NCBI GenBank assembly: GCA_036011345.1
Contig: DASCNF010000099.1
Span: forward strand, 4,835-28,834
Direction: 5' to 3'
Source: Rhodospirillales bacterium
GTDB taxonomy: Bacteria; Pseudomonadota; Alphaproteobacteria; Rhodospirillales; JASLQF01
DNA: 24,000 nt
Shown: positions 7,530-16,773 of the stretch, in pieces
Position numbering within the stretch: position 1 is the first letter of the stretch
Layout: each line of letters opens with the position of its first letter
Translations under genes and position numbers: made by a program
Notes under the pieces: generated by a model
The model's input: the letters and a program-made list of their open reading frames with translations, nothing else
What the model was told of the DNA's origin: nothing
The model's database searches: none

Positions 7530-10298
7530 ATGGCCCGCGTCCACAAACCACGCGACATCATCGACCGCAAAGCGCTGGCCGGGGCCCTTGAAGACCTCGC
7601 CCAGTGGTCCGGCTATTCGCCGAAGACCCAGAAACGGGTCCTCAAGCTCCTCAAGGACGCCCTGGCCGGCGGCCGGGCCGAGATCCGCCGCCGCTTCGAG
7701 GACGAAGGCATCACCGGCGCCCACAACGTCTGCGCCGGCACCCATCTGATCGACCAGCTGATTCGCGCCATTCACGACTTCGCCCTGCGCTACGTGTATC
7801 CGGCGGCCAATCCGACCAAGGGCGAGCAGGTGGCGGTAGCCGCCACCGGCGGTTACGGCCGCCGGGAGATGGCGCCCCATTCCGACATCGATCTGATGTA
7901 TCTGCTGCCCTACAAACAAACGGCCCACAGCGAGCAGCTGGTGGAATATATGCTCTACGCGCTGTGGGACCTGGGGCTCGAGGTCGGCCACGCCACGCGC
8001 TCGGTGGAAGAAAGTGTTCGCCTGGCCGGCGAGGACCACACCATTCGCACGGCCCTCCTCGAGGCGCGCTTCGTGCGGGGAGACGAAGAGGTATTCCGCC
8101 GCTTCAAAACCCGCTTCGACGAAGAGGTGGCGGCCGGCTCCGGCTCCGACTTCGTCGACGCTAAGCTTGGCGAACGAGACCGCCGCCACGAGCGCATGGG
8201 CGATGCCCGCTATGTGCTGGAGCCAAACATCAAGGAAGGCAAGGGGGGGCTGCGCGACCTGCAAACCCTCTTGTGGATCGCCAAGTACCTGTACCGGGTC
8301 GACGACGTGCGCGAGCTGGTCGCCAAGGGCGTGCTGACCCCGGACGATGCGCGGCGCTTCGCCAAGGCCCAGAACTTCCTATGGACCGTGCGCTGCCACC
8401 TGCACTACCTGACGGGACGGCCCGAGGACCGCCTCACTTACGACGTTCAGGGTGAAATTGGTAGGCGCATGGGCTATGCCGACCATCCCGGGTTGCGCGG
8501 CGTCGAGCGCTTCATGAAACACTACTTCCTGATTGCCAAGGACGTCGGCGATTTGACCCGCATCCTTTGCGCGGTGCTGGAAGAGCAGCAGAAGAAGCGC
8601 CGCTCACGCTTCCGGCTTCCGGCATTTCCGCGGTTCAAGTCCGCCGTCGAAGGTTTCAGCGTCGACGGCGGCCGCCTGATCGTCGAGGGCACCGACGCCT
8701 TTGCCAAGGACCCGCTCAAGCTGCTCCGCTTGTTCGCCGAAGCGGAGCGCCACGGCCTCGACATCCACCCGGAGGCGCTGCGCCTGGTTACCCAGAGCCT
8801 CAACCTAGTCGATTCGAAGATGCGCGGAAACGCACCGGCGAACCGCCTGTTCATGGAGATCCTGACCGGCCGAAAGGACCCGGAGACGGCGCTGCGGCGT
8901 CTCAACGAGGCGGGCGTCTTCGGGTGCTTCATCCCCGACTTCGGCCGCGTCGTCGCCCAGATGCAGTACGACATGTACCACGTCTACACGGTCGACGAGC
9001 ACACCATCCGCGCCATCGGCATCCTGCACGGCATCGAGACCGGTGCCCTCAAGGATGACCACCCGGTGGCGACGTCGGTGATCGGCGAGGTGCAGTCGCG
9101 CCAAGCCCTTTATCTCGCCGTGCTTCTGCACGACATCGCTAAGGGCCGGGACGGCGACCACTCGGAGATCGGCGCCCGCATTGCCCGCAAGCTGGGGCCG
9201 CGCCTCGGCCTCAGCGACTGGGAAACGGAAACCGTCTCGTGGCTGGTGCTGCACCACCTACTGATGAGTCGCACCGCCTTCAAGCGCGACATCGACGACC
9301 CCAAGACGGTCAGCGATTTCGTCGCTGCCGTGCAGTCCCCGGAACGGCTGCGCTTGTTGCTGTGCCTCACCGTCGCCGACATCCGGGCGGTCGGGCCAGG
9401 GGTCTGGAACGGCTGGAAGGCGGGCCTCTTGCGCGAGATCTACTACCGCGCTCTCGAGGAGATAACCGGGGACCTGCCGGGCGAGCGCCGCGATGCCCGG
9501 GTGGAGGGTGCCAAGGCGGCGTTGCGCGAGCGGCTTGCCGACTGGGAGGCGGCGGACATCGAGGCCCACGTGGTACGCGGGTATCCGGACTATTGGCTTT
9601 CCTTCGACGCCGAGACCCTCGCCTCCCACGCCCACATGATCGGCGAAGCCGAACGCCGCGGCCTTCGTACCCATATCGAAACGAAGGTGGACAGCTACCA
9701 TGACGTCACCGAGATACTGGTCTATTCGGCCGACCATTCCGGGCTCTTCGCGGAGATTGCCGGGGCCATGGCGCTGGGTGGCGCCTCCATCGTCGATGCC
9801 AAGATCGTGACCCTGGCCAACGGCATGGCGCTGGACACCTTTTCGATCCAGGACTCGGTGGGCGCCGCCTTCGGCGGGCGCGACCGGCTCGCCAAGCTAT
9901 CGAGGCGTATCGAGGACGCCCTCGCCGGGAAATTGAACCCGGCCCGGGAGCTGGCCCGGGCGCGGCGCCAGATGCTGCCCAGCCGCACCGGCGTGTTCCG
10001 GGTGCCGCCGCGCGCCCTCATTGACAACAAGGCCAGCGTCGGCCGCACGGTCATCGAGGTCAACGGCCGTGACCGGCTGGGCTTTCTGCACGACATCACG
10101 GCCGCCTTGACGGCGCTCGGCCTGCAGATTGCCAGCGCCCATGTAACCACCTATGGGGAGAGGGCCGTTGACGTCTTCTACGTGAAGGACGCCCACGGCC
10201 TGAAAGTGGAGCAAGAGGGCAGGGTCGAGGCCATCCGCGCCAAGCTTCTGGCGGTAATCGAGGCGGATACGTCGGCGGACGCCGTCGCCGCCGAATAA
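7530..10298 (+). CDS. glnD: Bifunctional [protein-PII] uridylyltransferase / uridylyl-removing enzyme GlnD, 922 aa
   Basis: Track ORF 7350..10298 is trimmed to the ATG at 7530 (MARVHKPRDIIDRKAL...), with AGGAGG at 7511-7516. Features: nucleotidyltransferase motif ATGGYGRREMAPHSDIDLMYLLP, an HD domain (LLHDIAKGRDGDHSEIG) and two C-terminal ACT-like repeats (ILVYSADHSGLFAEIAGA... and VIEVNGRDRLGFLHDITAAL...). Confidence 0.95.
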   Translation: MARVHKPRDIIDRKALAGALEDLAQWSGYSPKTQKRVLKLLKDALAGGRAEIRRRFEDEGITGAHNVCAGTHLIDQLIRAIHDFALRYVYPAANPTKGEQVAVAATGGYGRREMAPHSDIDLMYLLPYKQTAHSEQLVEYMLYALWDLGLEVGHATRSVEESVRLAGEDHTIRTALLEARFVRGDEEVFRRFKTRFDEEVAAGSGSDFVDAKLGERDRRHERMGDARYVLEPNIKEGKGGLRDLQTLLWIAKYLYRVDDVRELVAKGVLTPDDARRFAKAQNFLWTVRCHLHYLTGRPEDRLTYDVQGEIGRRMGYADHPGLRGVERFMKHYFLIAKDVGDLTRILCAVLEEQQKKRRSRFRLPAFPRFKSAVEGFSVDGGRLIVEGTDAFAKDPLKLLRLFAEAERHGLDIHPEALRLVTQSLNLVDSKMRGNAPANRLFMEILTGRKDPETALRRLNEAGVFGCFIPDFGRVVAQMQYDMYHVYTVDEHTIRAIGILHGIETGALKDDHPVATSVIGEVQSRQALYLAVLLHDIAKGRDGDHSEIGARIARKLGPRLGLSDWETETVSWLVLHHLLMSRTAFKRDIDDPKTVSDFVAAVQSPERLRLLLCLTVADIRAVGPGVWNGWKAGLLREIYYRALEEITGDLPGERRDARVEGAKAALRERLADWEAADIEAHVVRGYPDYWLSFDAETLASHAHMIGEAERRGLRTHIETKVDSYHDVTEILVYSADHSGLFAEIAGAMALGGASIVDAKIVTLANGMALDTFSIQDSVGAAFGGRDRLAKLSRRIEDALAGKLNPARELARARRQMLPSRTGVFRVPPRALIDNKASVGRTVIEVNGRDRLGFLHDITAALTALGLQIASAHVTTYGERAVDVFYVKDAHGLKVEQEGRVEAIRAKLLAVIEADTSADAVAAE

Positions 10299-10342
10299 GG
10301 GGTTCCCTGGCGCCCCTGGCGCCGATCATTTAAAACTCCGCC

Positions 10343-11893
10343 ATGAATCTCGCGCGCTCCATCGCTACCGTCGGCGTCTTCACCATGTTGAGCCGTATCC
10401 TCGGCTTCGTGCGCGACATCCTGATCGCCGCCATCCTCGGGGCTGGGTTGGCGGCGGATGCCTTCTTCGTCGCCTTCAAGTTCCCCAACTTGTTCCGCCG
10501 CCTGTTCGCGGAAGGCGCTTTCAACCTGGCCTTCGTGCCCCTTTATGCCGGGCTTCTGGAGGAAGAAGGCAGGGAAGCCGCCAAGGAATTCGCCGATCAG
10601 GCATTAGCGGTGCTTCTGTGGGCGCTTCTGGTTTTCGTGGCGGTGCTCGAGATTGCCATGCCGTGGGCGATGATGGCGTTCGCTCCTGGCTTTCTGGCAA
10701 ATCCGCACAAGTTCCAGCTGGCTGTCGAACTGGCTCGCATCACCTTCCCGTACTTGCTCTTCATATCGCTAGTCTCGCTGATGGCCGGTGTCCTCAATTC
10801 GTTGGGCCGCTTCGCCGCCGCCGCGGCGACGCCGATCCTGTTGAACGTGTGCCTGATCGGGTTCGTGTTGGGCCTGTCGCCGATTACCGAAACACCCGGC
10901 CATGCTCTGGCCTGGGGCGTGTTCACGGCCGGAATCGTTCAGTTCATCTGGCTCTACGCCCATTGCGGGCGCTACGGCGTGTGGCTGCGCCTGCCGAGGC
11001 CGCGCTTGACCCAAAACGTGCGGCTGCTCATCAAGCGGGCACTGCCCGTGGCCGTCGGTGCCGGCATCTACCAGATCAACTTGCTTATCGACACCATCAT
11101 CGCATCCTTGCTGCCGGACGGATCGATTTCCTATCTGTTTTTCGCTGATCGGGTGAACCAGTTGCCGCTCGGCGTGGTCGGGGTCGCCGTCGGCACCGCC
11201 CTACTGCCGCTGATGTCCCGGCAGATCAGGGCCGGCGACGAGGGTGCCGCCCTGCATAGCCAGAACCGGGCCCTGGAATTCTCGTTCCTGCTGACGCTGC
11301 CCGCCGCCGCCGCCCTCGTGGTCATCGCCGGGCCGGTCATTTCCGCCCTGTTCGAGCGCGGCGCCTTCGGCGCCGCCGAAACGGCGGCCACCGCCGCGGC
11401 GCTTGGCGTCTATGCCACCGGCCTTCCCGCCTACGTGCTGGTCAAGACGCTGGCGCCCGGCTATTTTGCGCGCGGCGACACGGCGACGCCGGTCAAGATC
11501 GCGGTTGCCGCCATGGTCGTCAACCTAGTGTTGAACCTCGTCCTCATGGGACCTTTCCAGCATGTCGGTATCGCCATGGCGACGACGGTGTCGGCCTGGA
11601 TCAACGCCGGGCTGCTGGCGCTGGTTCTGAGGCGGCGTGGGCAGCTCGAGCCGGACCGGCGGCTGCGCCGACGCCTGCCCCGCGCCGTCCTCGCCGCCGC
11701 CGGCATGGCCACGCTGTTGGCCGCCGCCCAAGGGGGCCTGGAAGGGGCGCTGGCCGGCGGGCTGGCGTCGCGCGTCGCCACCTTGGCGGGTTTGGTGGCG
11801 GGCGGGCTCGCCGTCTTCGCCGTCCTTGCCGTGCTGCTCGGCGGCGCCAGGGTCGAGGACCTCAAGGTCCTTTCCCGCAAGGACGCGGCTTGA
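10343..11893 (+). CDS. murJ: Lipid II flippase MurJ (MviN)
   Basis: Track ORF 10343..11893. The N-terminus SRILGFVRDILIAAILGAGLAADAFFVAFKFPNLFRRLFAEGAFNLAFVPLY is the MurJ/MviN signature. The protein is polytopic and hydrophobic throughout. From memory, glnD-murJ adjacency is typical of alphaproteobacteria. Confidence 0.95.
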   Translation: MNLARSIATVGVFTMLSRILGFVRDILIAAILGAGLAADAFFVAFKFPNLFRRLFAEGAFNLAFVPLYAGLLEEEGREAAKEFADQALAVLLWALLVFVAVLEIAMPWAMMAFAPGFLANPHKFQLAVELARITFPYLLFISLVSLMAGVLNSLGRFAAAAATPILLNVCLIGFVLGLSPITETPGHALAWGVFTAGIVQFIWLYAHCGRYGVWLRLPRPRLTQNVRLLIKRALPVAVGAGIYQINLLIDTIIASLLPDGSISYLFFADRVNQLPLGVVGVAVGTALLPLMSRQIRAGDEGAALHSQNRALEFSFLLTLPAAAALVVIAGPVISALFERGAFGAAETAATAAALGVYATGLPAYVLVKTLAPGYFARGDTATPVKIAVAAMVVNLVLNLVLMGPFQHVGIAMATTVSAWINAGLLALVLRRRGQLEPDRRLRRRLPRAVLAAAGMATLLAAAQGGLEGALAGGLASRVATLAGLVAGGLAVFAVLAVLLGGARVEDLKVLSRKDAA

Positions 11894-11993
11894 CCGCCGG
11901 CGCGCCGCTGCGCCATAACTCCGCCGCCGCGACCACAGGACGGCCACCACAGGACGCCACGAAGGGCCGCGACCACGGGTGACGGATCGGACC

Positions 11994-12992
11994 ATGCAGC
12001 GAATCTTTTCGGGCATACAGCCCACGGGCAACCTCCACCTCGGCAACTATCTCGGCGCCATCCGCAACTGGGTGCGCCTGCAGGACGAGTACGAATGCCT
12101 GTTCTGCGTGGTAGACATGCACGCCGTCACAACGTGGCAGGAGCCCCGGGAGCTCGCCGCTAACATCCGCGAGGTGACGGCGGGTCTGCTGGCCGCCGGG
12201 CTCGACCCCGAACGCAACATCATCTTCAACCAGAGTCAGGTGCCGGGCCACGCGCAACTCGCCTGGATATTAAGCTGCGTGGCGCGCATGGGCTGGCTCA
12301 ACCGCATGACCCAGTTCAAGGAAAAGGCCGGCAAGCACCGGGAGAACGCCTCGGTCGGCCTGTTCGCCTATCCCACCCTGATGGCCGCCGACATCCTGCT
12401 CTACAAGGCGACCCACGTGCCCGTCGGCGAGGACCAAAAGCAGCACCTGGAACTGACCCGTGACATCGCCCAGAAGTTCAACAACGATTTCGGTGTCGAA
12501 TTCTTCCCCCTGGTGGAGCCCTTGATTTTCGGCGCCGCCACCCGCGTCATGTCGCTGCGCGACGGCACCAATAAAATGAGCAAGTCGGACCCTTCGGATT
12601 ATTCCCGCATCAACATGACCGACGATACCGATACCATCGTCGTGAAGATCCGCAAGGCGAAAACAGACCCCGCGCCACTGCCCGAATCACCGGCCGGGCT
12701 CGAGAACAGGCCGGAGGCGGCGAACCTTCTCGGCCTTTACGGGGCGCTTTCGGGAACCAGCTTGGAGGAAACGTGCCAGCGGTTCGCCGGCGCCTCTTTC
12801 TCCGATTTCAAGAACGAGTTTGCCGACCTGTCGGTCTCGGTGCTCGGTCCCATCCAAGACGAGATGCGTCGGCTTTCGGCCGACCCCGGCCACGTCGACG
12901 CCGTGCTGCGCCAAGGCGTCGGCCGGGCGCGCGACATGGCGGTGCCGATCCTCGCCGAAATCGAGGAAATCATCGGCTACCTGCGGCCCTGA
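11994..12992 (+). CDS. trpS: Tryptophan--tRNA ligase
   Basis: Track ORF 11979..12992. Class I aaRS motifs are present: [15 protein letters not shown] (HIGH-type) and an exact KMSKS (NKMSKSD). I prefer the ATG at 11994 ([12 protein letters not shown]) over the GTG at 11979, which adds 5 residues. Either start is possible. Confidence 0.92.
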   Translation: MQRIFSGIQPTGNLHLGNYLGAIRNWVRLQDEYECLFCVVDMHAVTTWQEPRELAANIREVTAGLLAAGLDPERNIIFNQSQVPGHAQLAWILSCVARMGWLNRMTQFKEKAGKHRENASVGLFAYPTLMAADILLYKATHVPVGEDQKQHLELTRDIAQKFNNDFGVEFFPLVEPLIFGAATRVMSLRDGTNKMSKSDPSDYSRINMTDDTDTIVVKIRKAKTDPAPLPESPAGLENRPEAANLLGLYGALSGTSLEETCQRFAGASFSDFKNEFADLSVSVLGPIQDEMRRLSADPGHVDAVLRQGVGRARDMAVPILAEIEEIIGYLRP

Positions 12993-13006
12993 CGGCGGGG
13001 GCGCCG

Positions 13007-13036
13007 CGCAACCGGGATTTTGTCCTCCGGTTTGCG
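13007..13036 (+). terminator. Hairpin 15 nt downstream of the trpS stop; weak intrinsic-terminator candidate
   Basis: Hand pairing: 13007-13015 (cgcaaccgg) pairs with 13027-13036 (ccggtttgcg) as a 9-bp stem with one bulged T. The 11-nt loop is gattttgtcct. There is no real T-run after the stem, so terminator function is uncertain. Confidence 0.25.
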
Positions 13037-13230
13037 AAATTAGGGCTGGCCTCGGACACCCGGCTTCGATTAAAATCCCTCCGCTCAGCCGGCCAAGGTT
13101 TCCGCATTGATGACGCCTGCGTGGCGGGAGAGGGGCCGCTTCCGGAAGCGATTGTGGGGCAAACAGGGCTAGGCACAAGGAGGCCCGAAGGCCGACAAGT
13201 CGTCGGGCTCTTTGAAGAGTAAATTCCACG

Positions 13231-14217
13231 ATGAGATACTTTGAACGTGCTTCCCTGGACGTCGTTGCCGTGCTCGTGGCTATGCTCATGGGAGTCACCC
13301 TTTACGATCCGCCGGCCAAGGCGACGCCGCCGCCCCAGGCCGTCCTGCCAGCGGTGTCGCCGGAGCCGCCGGCGGCCAAGAAATTATTGCCGGGCGGGTT
13401 GAGCAACCTGGCCCCCGCCATGTCGGGCGTCACCGTCCGTAAGCTGTCGGGCACCTTCAGCAGCCTGGGGTACGACCTGAAATCGGTTCTCTCCGGGGAC
13501 GACGAAGTGCCCCGCCTATTCCTCGCCAGCCTTCCCGAAGACTTCGGGAAAATACGCGAGGTGACGGTGCGCAAGGCCCTCTTCTTCCGTACGGTGTTGC
13601 CCTTGATTCTGCGGGTCAACGAGGAACTCCTGGCCGATCGCCGGCGCCTCTGGGAACTGCGCTACCGAATGCGCACGGGGCTGCGATTGGAGGCCGCCGA
13701 CCGGCTGTGGCTGATCGTCATGGCGGAGCGCTATGGCGTCGGCGAAGGCGATATCGATGCCTTGCTGCGCCGGGTCGATATCATTCCGACCTCGCTTGCC
13801 CTGGCCCAGGCGGCGGAGGAAAGCGGGTGGGGCACGTCCCGCTTCGCCCGGGAGGGTAATGCCATCTTCGGGCAGTGGACGTTCGCCCGTGACGGAAATC
13901 TGGTGCCCCTACACCGCGACGTCGGCAAGATCCATAGCGTCCGGGCCTTCGAAACACTGCTCGACGGCGCTAAGGCGTACGCCAGAAACCTCAATACCCA
14001 CCGGGCCTACGGCGGGTTCCGCGAACAGCGGGCCGGCATGAGGAAGACTGGCCAGCCGGTCGAGGGCGCGGTCCTGGCACGCACCCTGTTGAGCTACTCC
14101 GAGCGCCGGTCGGCCTACGTCGAGACCATCCTGTTGATTATTGCGGCCAACGGCCTGAGCACCCTCGACGATGCCCGACTGCGGGCTCACGGAAAAGATT
14201 TCCAGCCACTCATTTAG
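13231..14217 (+). CDS. Bax/FlgJ-related glucosaminidase-domain protein (membrane-anchored), 328 aa
   Basis: Track ORF 13231..14217. There is an N-terminal hydrophobic anchor (LDVVAVLVAMLMGVTLY), then a Pro-rich linker. The C-terminal region contains LALAQAAEESGWGTSRFAREGNAIFGQW, matching the N-acetylglucosaminidase (FlgJ C-terminal / Bax) core pattern AQAa.ESGWG.S. Confidence 0.8.
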   Translation: MRYFERASLDVVAVLVAMLMGVTLYDPPAKATPPPQAVLPAVSPEPPAAKKLLPGGLSNLAPAMSGVTVRKLSGTFSSLGYDLKSVLSGDDEVPRLFLASLPEDFGKIREVTVRKALFFRTVLPLILRVNEELLADRRRLWELRYRMRTGLRLEAADRLWLIVMAERYGVGEGDIDALLRRVDIIPTSLALAQAAEESGWGTSRFAREGNAIFGQWTFARDGNLVPLHRDVGKIHSVRAFETLLDGAKAYARNLNTHRAYGGFREQRAGMRKTGQPVEGAVLARTLLSYSERRSAYVETILLIIAANGLSTLDDARLRAHGKDFQPLI

Positions 14218-14232
14218 AGACTATGCGCCGTC

Positions 14233-15267
14233 CTATCCGGGTACGTAAAACAGGCGGCCCAGCCAACGCCAGTGGCCTTCCCGGGTGGGCAGCGTACAGT
14301 TGAGACGGGTGCGGCCGCGGGGGAATGGCGTGTTCACACGCACTTCGAAGCGCCTCTCTCCAAGCCGTTCCAGCCGGGCGCGGCCCTCGTGCGAGGTGAA
14401 GCATGTCAGGCGTCCGACGCCCGTGATCCCGCCTCCCACCGTGAAGCCGATGGGCGGTGGATTGACTGCCGTGATCATTGGATCGAACGGCGTCACATCG
14501 GAAACCGGCAGGGGCAGAGCGTTGATGGCGAGACGGAAGCGCCGCAGGTCGCCATATTTTTCGTTCATGGAGAAGCGCGGCAGGTAGAAAAAATTCACGG
14601 TGCGGCCGATGACGCCCGAATGTTGGCCGAAGGCTGCGATGAACCCGGCGCCGCGGACGATTTCTTGTACCTCCAGGCTGGCCTCGCCATAGGGGTAGGC
14701 GAAAAGCTCGGGGGCTCGGCCCAGCTCGGTGATGAAGCGCCCGTTGGAGCGCTCGATCTCGCCGCGGTTGCGCGCCGCGCCGGTGTCGGGCATGTGCAGA
14801 TGGGTCTCGGTGTGGCTGCCGATACTCACCCCGTCCGCGGCCAGTTCGCGAATCTGCCGCCAGCTCATGATGCCGGACAGCTTGCGGTCGACCGCCCGGG
14901 TGGCGACGAAGAGCGTCACCGGAAGCCTCGCCGTCTTGAGCCGTGGCCACGCTTCGCCATAGAAAGAGAGATAGGCGTCGTCGACGCTAAGCCCGACCGT
15001 GCGATCAGGAAGGGGCCTGTCGTCGCGCAGGCGCGCCACGATCTCGGGCAGCGGCAGCACCGAGTAGGGGCCCTTTTTCAGCTCCTTGATATGGTTCTCG
15101 AGCTGCTCGATGGTGACGTTGGTGGATGGGTAGGCGGCTTCGCCGAACCGGTGATACATGATGACCACCGCCGAATCGGCGGCGTCCGCCGGGAGTGCCG
15201 TGCCCGTCCAGGCAACCGCCGCCGCAAGGGCCAACCCCAAGGCTTTCCTGGTCGTCGGATTAATCAT
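14233..15267 (-). CDS. Secreted polysaccharide deacetylase family protein (NodB homology domain) with an extra roughly 100-aa C-terminal domain
   Basis: Track ORF 14233..15267. It has a signal-peptide-like N-terminus (KALGLALAAAVAWTGTALPADA/AD). NodB-type motifs are present: LSVDDAY (Asp-Asp), GSHTETHLHM (His-His) and LFAYPYGE. The C-terminal part (NALPLPVSDVTPF...RWLGRLFYVPG) has no motif I recognise. Confidence 0.85.
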   Translation of the reverse strand: MINPTTRKALGLALAAAVAWTGTALPADAADSAVVIMYHRFGEAAYPSTNVTIEQLENHIKELKKGPYSVLPLPEIVARLRDDRPLPDRTVGLSVDDAYLSFYGEAWPRLKTARLPVTLFVATRAVDRKLSGIMSWRQIRELAADGVSIGSHTETHLHMPDTGAARNRGEIERSNGRFITELGRAPELFAYPYGEASLEVQEIVRGAGFIAAFGQHSGVIGRTVNFFYLPRFSMNEKYGDLRRFRLAINALPLPVSDVTPFDPMITAVNPPPIGFTVGGGITGVGRLTCFTSHEGRARLERLGERRFEVRVNTPFPRGRTRLNCTLPTREGHWRWLGRLFYVPG

Positions 15268-15361
15268 CAGGCCAAACCGGCTGGTGACGCGTCGCTGGCG
15301 GGAAGATTAGCCCAGTGCGCCCGATGGCGCCAGCCATGGGGGCGCGTCGGCGCCGATGGCT

Positions 15362-15919
15362 TCACGCCGCCATCATGCCTTCGGGCAGCACGCTGTCGCC
15401 GAGCAGCGGATAACGGCGGCTTCCGAACAATTGGTAGTGCCACCATTCGTTTCCATAGAAATCCCAACCGGCCGCCGTCATCAGGCCGAGCAGGAGGGCA
15501 CGGTTGCGCTGGGCCTCGACCGACAGCGCCATGTTTCCGTGATGGGAAAGGGGTGTGAAGGCATCGAACGAGGTGCCCATGACTAACTCCCGCCCGCCGC
15601 CGTCGATCAGCGTTACGTCGATAGCGACGCCGCGGGAATGGGGCGAGCCGCGGCGCGGATCGACCAGGAACTCCGGGTCGGGCGTGTGGTTCCAAAGAGC
15701 CCACTGCGCCTCGGACGGGCGAAAGGCGTCGAAAATCTTGAGGCGCAGGCCATGGACGGCGGCCAGGGTGACGGCGCGCCTGAGTGCCCGTTCCGCATCA
15801 GCGTGCAGATAGCACGCCGCCCGGGCGTAGATGGGCTTGCCCGTGAAATTGTCGGCTCCGGCGTAAGCCAGATCGATGACCACACCATGGGATGAGGGGG
15901 TGATGGCGGCCAGGCTCAC
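15362..15919 (-). CDS. ddpX: D-alanyl-D-alanine dipeptidase (VanX/DdpX family, zinc peptidase M15), 185 aa
   Basis: Track ORF 15362..16411 is trimmed to the in-frame GTG at 15919 (MSLAAITPSSHGVVIDLAYAGADNFTGKPIY...), with GGGAG about 10 nt upstream. The longer form would overlap tsaB. Motifs: YAGADNFTGKPIY, FDAFRPSEAQ, the zinc motif SPHSRGVAIDVTL (S.H..G.A.D) and NEWWHYQL. It aligns well with E. coli DdpX as I remember it. Confidence 0.85.
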   Translation of the reverse strand: MSLAAITPSSHGVVIDLAYAGADNFTGKPIYARAACYLHADAERALRRAVTLAAVHGLRLKIFDAFRPSEAQWALWNHTPDPEFLVDPRRGSPHSRGVAIDVTLIDGGGRELVMGTSFDAFTPLSHHGNMALSVEAQRNRALLLGLMTAAGWDFYGNEWWHYQLFGSRRYPLLGDSVLPEGMMAA

Positions 15920-16052
15920 GGCGTGGGATCTCCCGCGTTGCCGATGGTCTCCGTCGATCCGGTTGGCCCGGCAGCGGCAAATCGAAGTATAACCGCCCGC
16001 TCGACCAGCGAAAGAGGACGATGGCCATGAAAACGCAAGAAGGGACGCAAGG

Positions 16053-16742
16053 GTGAGAATTCTCGCCTTCGACACGGCGACGTCGGCCTGTTCGGCCGCC
16101 CTTTGGGAGGACGGCCGCGTGGGGGCCCGGCGCTTCGAGACCATGACGCGCGGCCACGCCGAAGCCCTGGTGCCCATGATCGCCGACGTGATGGACGAGG
16201 CGGGGACCAATTTTCCGCGACTCGACCTGATCGCCGTCACCGTCGGCCCAGGGGCCTTTACCGGGCTGCGCATCGGCCTCGCCGCGGCGCGGGGCATGGC
16301 GCTCGCCGCCGCCGTGCCGTGCCTCGGCGTCACCACCCTCGAAGCCGTCGCCCACGGCGTCTCCGAAGGGGAGCGCGCCGGTGCCACCCTTCTCGTAACC
16401 TTCTCCTCCAAGAGGCGGGACGTCTACGCCCAGGCCTTCGATGCGCGGTTGTCCCCGGTGTTCCCGCCCCGGGCATTGCTTCCCGGCGAGCTGATGGCGC
16501 TGGCGCTGGCGGGCCGGGTAGTGGTCGCCGGGGACGCCGCCGGGGAGATGGCGGCAATGTTGAAGGTGCACGGCATCGACGCGGCGCCAAGCGCCGCCGC
16601 CGCCCTGCCCGACGCCGCCGTGGTCGCCGCCGTCGCGGCCCGCCGCTGGACACCTGGCGAGGTGACGCCGGCGCCGGCGCCTCTCTACCTCCGGCCGCCC
16701 GATGCGAAAATTCCGAAAGAGGATTCCCGAAGGCGTTCGTAA
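16053..16742 (+). CDS. tsaB: tRNA threonylcarbamoyladenosine (t6A) biosynthesis protein TsaB (YeaZ)
   Basis: Track ORF 16053..16742 (GTG start). MRILAFDTATSACSAAL..., ...LIAVTVGPGAFTGLRIGLAAARGMALA... and a C-terminal PLYLRPPDA are typical of TsaB/YeaZ. Confidence 0.9.
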   Translation: MRILAFDTATSACSAALWEDGRVGARRFETMTRGHAEALVPMIADVMDEAGTNFPRLDLIAVTVGPGAFTGLRIGLAAARGMALAAAVPCLGVTTLEAVAHGVSEGERAGATLLVTFSSKRRDVYAQAFDARLSPVFPPRALLPGELMALALAGRVVVAGDAAGEMAAMLKVHGIDAAPSAAAALPDAAVVAAVAARRWTPGEVTPAPAPLYLRPPDAKIPKEDSRRRS

Positions 16743-16744
16743 TT

Positions 16745-16763
16745 GGCCCGCCAATGGCGGGCC
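16745..16763. terminator. GC-rich hairpin between the convergent tsaB and tusA-like genes; possible bidirectional terminator
   Basis: GGCCCGCC (16745-16752), aat, GGCGGGCC (16756-16763). This is a perfect 8-bp inverted repeat, 3 nt after the tsaB stop and 11 nt before the tusA-like stop. Neither side has a T-run. Confidence 0.35.
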
Positions 16764-16773
16764 ACTAGTCGGG

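Noticed and set aside
11926-11976. Short direct repeats in the murJ-trpS spacer: CCACAGGACG at 11933-11942 and 11947-11956, and GCCGCGACCAC at 11926-11936 and 11966-11976.
   Set aside because: The repeats are very short and GC-rich, lie in a roughly 100-bp spacer, and have no associated structure or known motif. They cannot be distinguished from slippage or chance without comparative data.
15920-16411. N-terminal extensions of track ORFs: ddpX 15920-16411, maeB 3133-3333, ADH 7338-7481, glnD 7350-7529, mucR 16802-17122, corC 21165-21461 and lnt 22297-22380.
   Set aside because: The extensions overlap neighbouring genes or their SD regions and have junk-like composition. Family similarity begins at internal start codons that have plausible ribosome-binding sites.
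16762-16769. The 8-mer CCACTAGT is shared with the right end of the MITE-like element (19812-19819). This raised the possibility of a second, degraded element end bounding the tusA-like/mucR segment.
   Set aside because: The similarity does not extend beyond 8 nt on either side. No matching inverted repeat is visible near 17050-17620. An 8-mer match is expected by chance.
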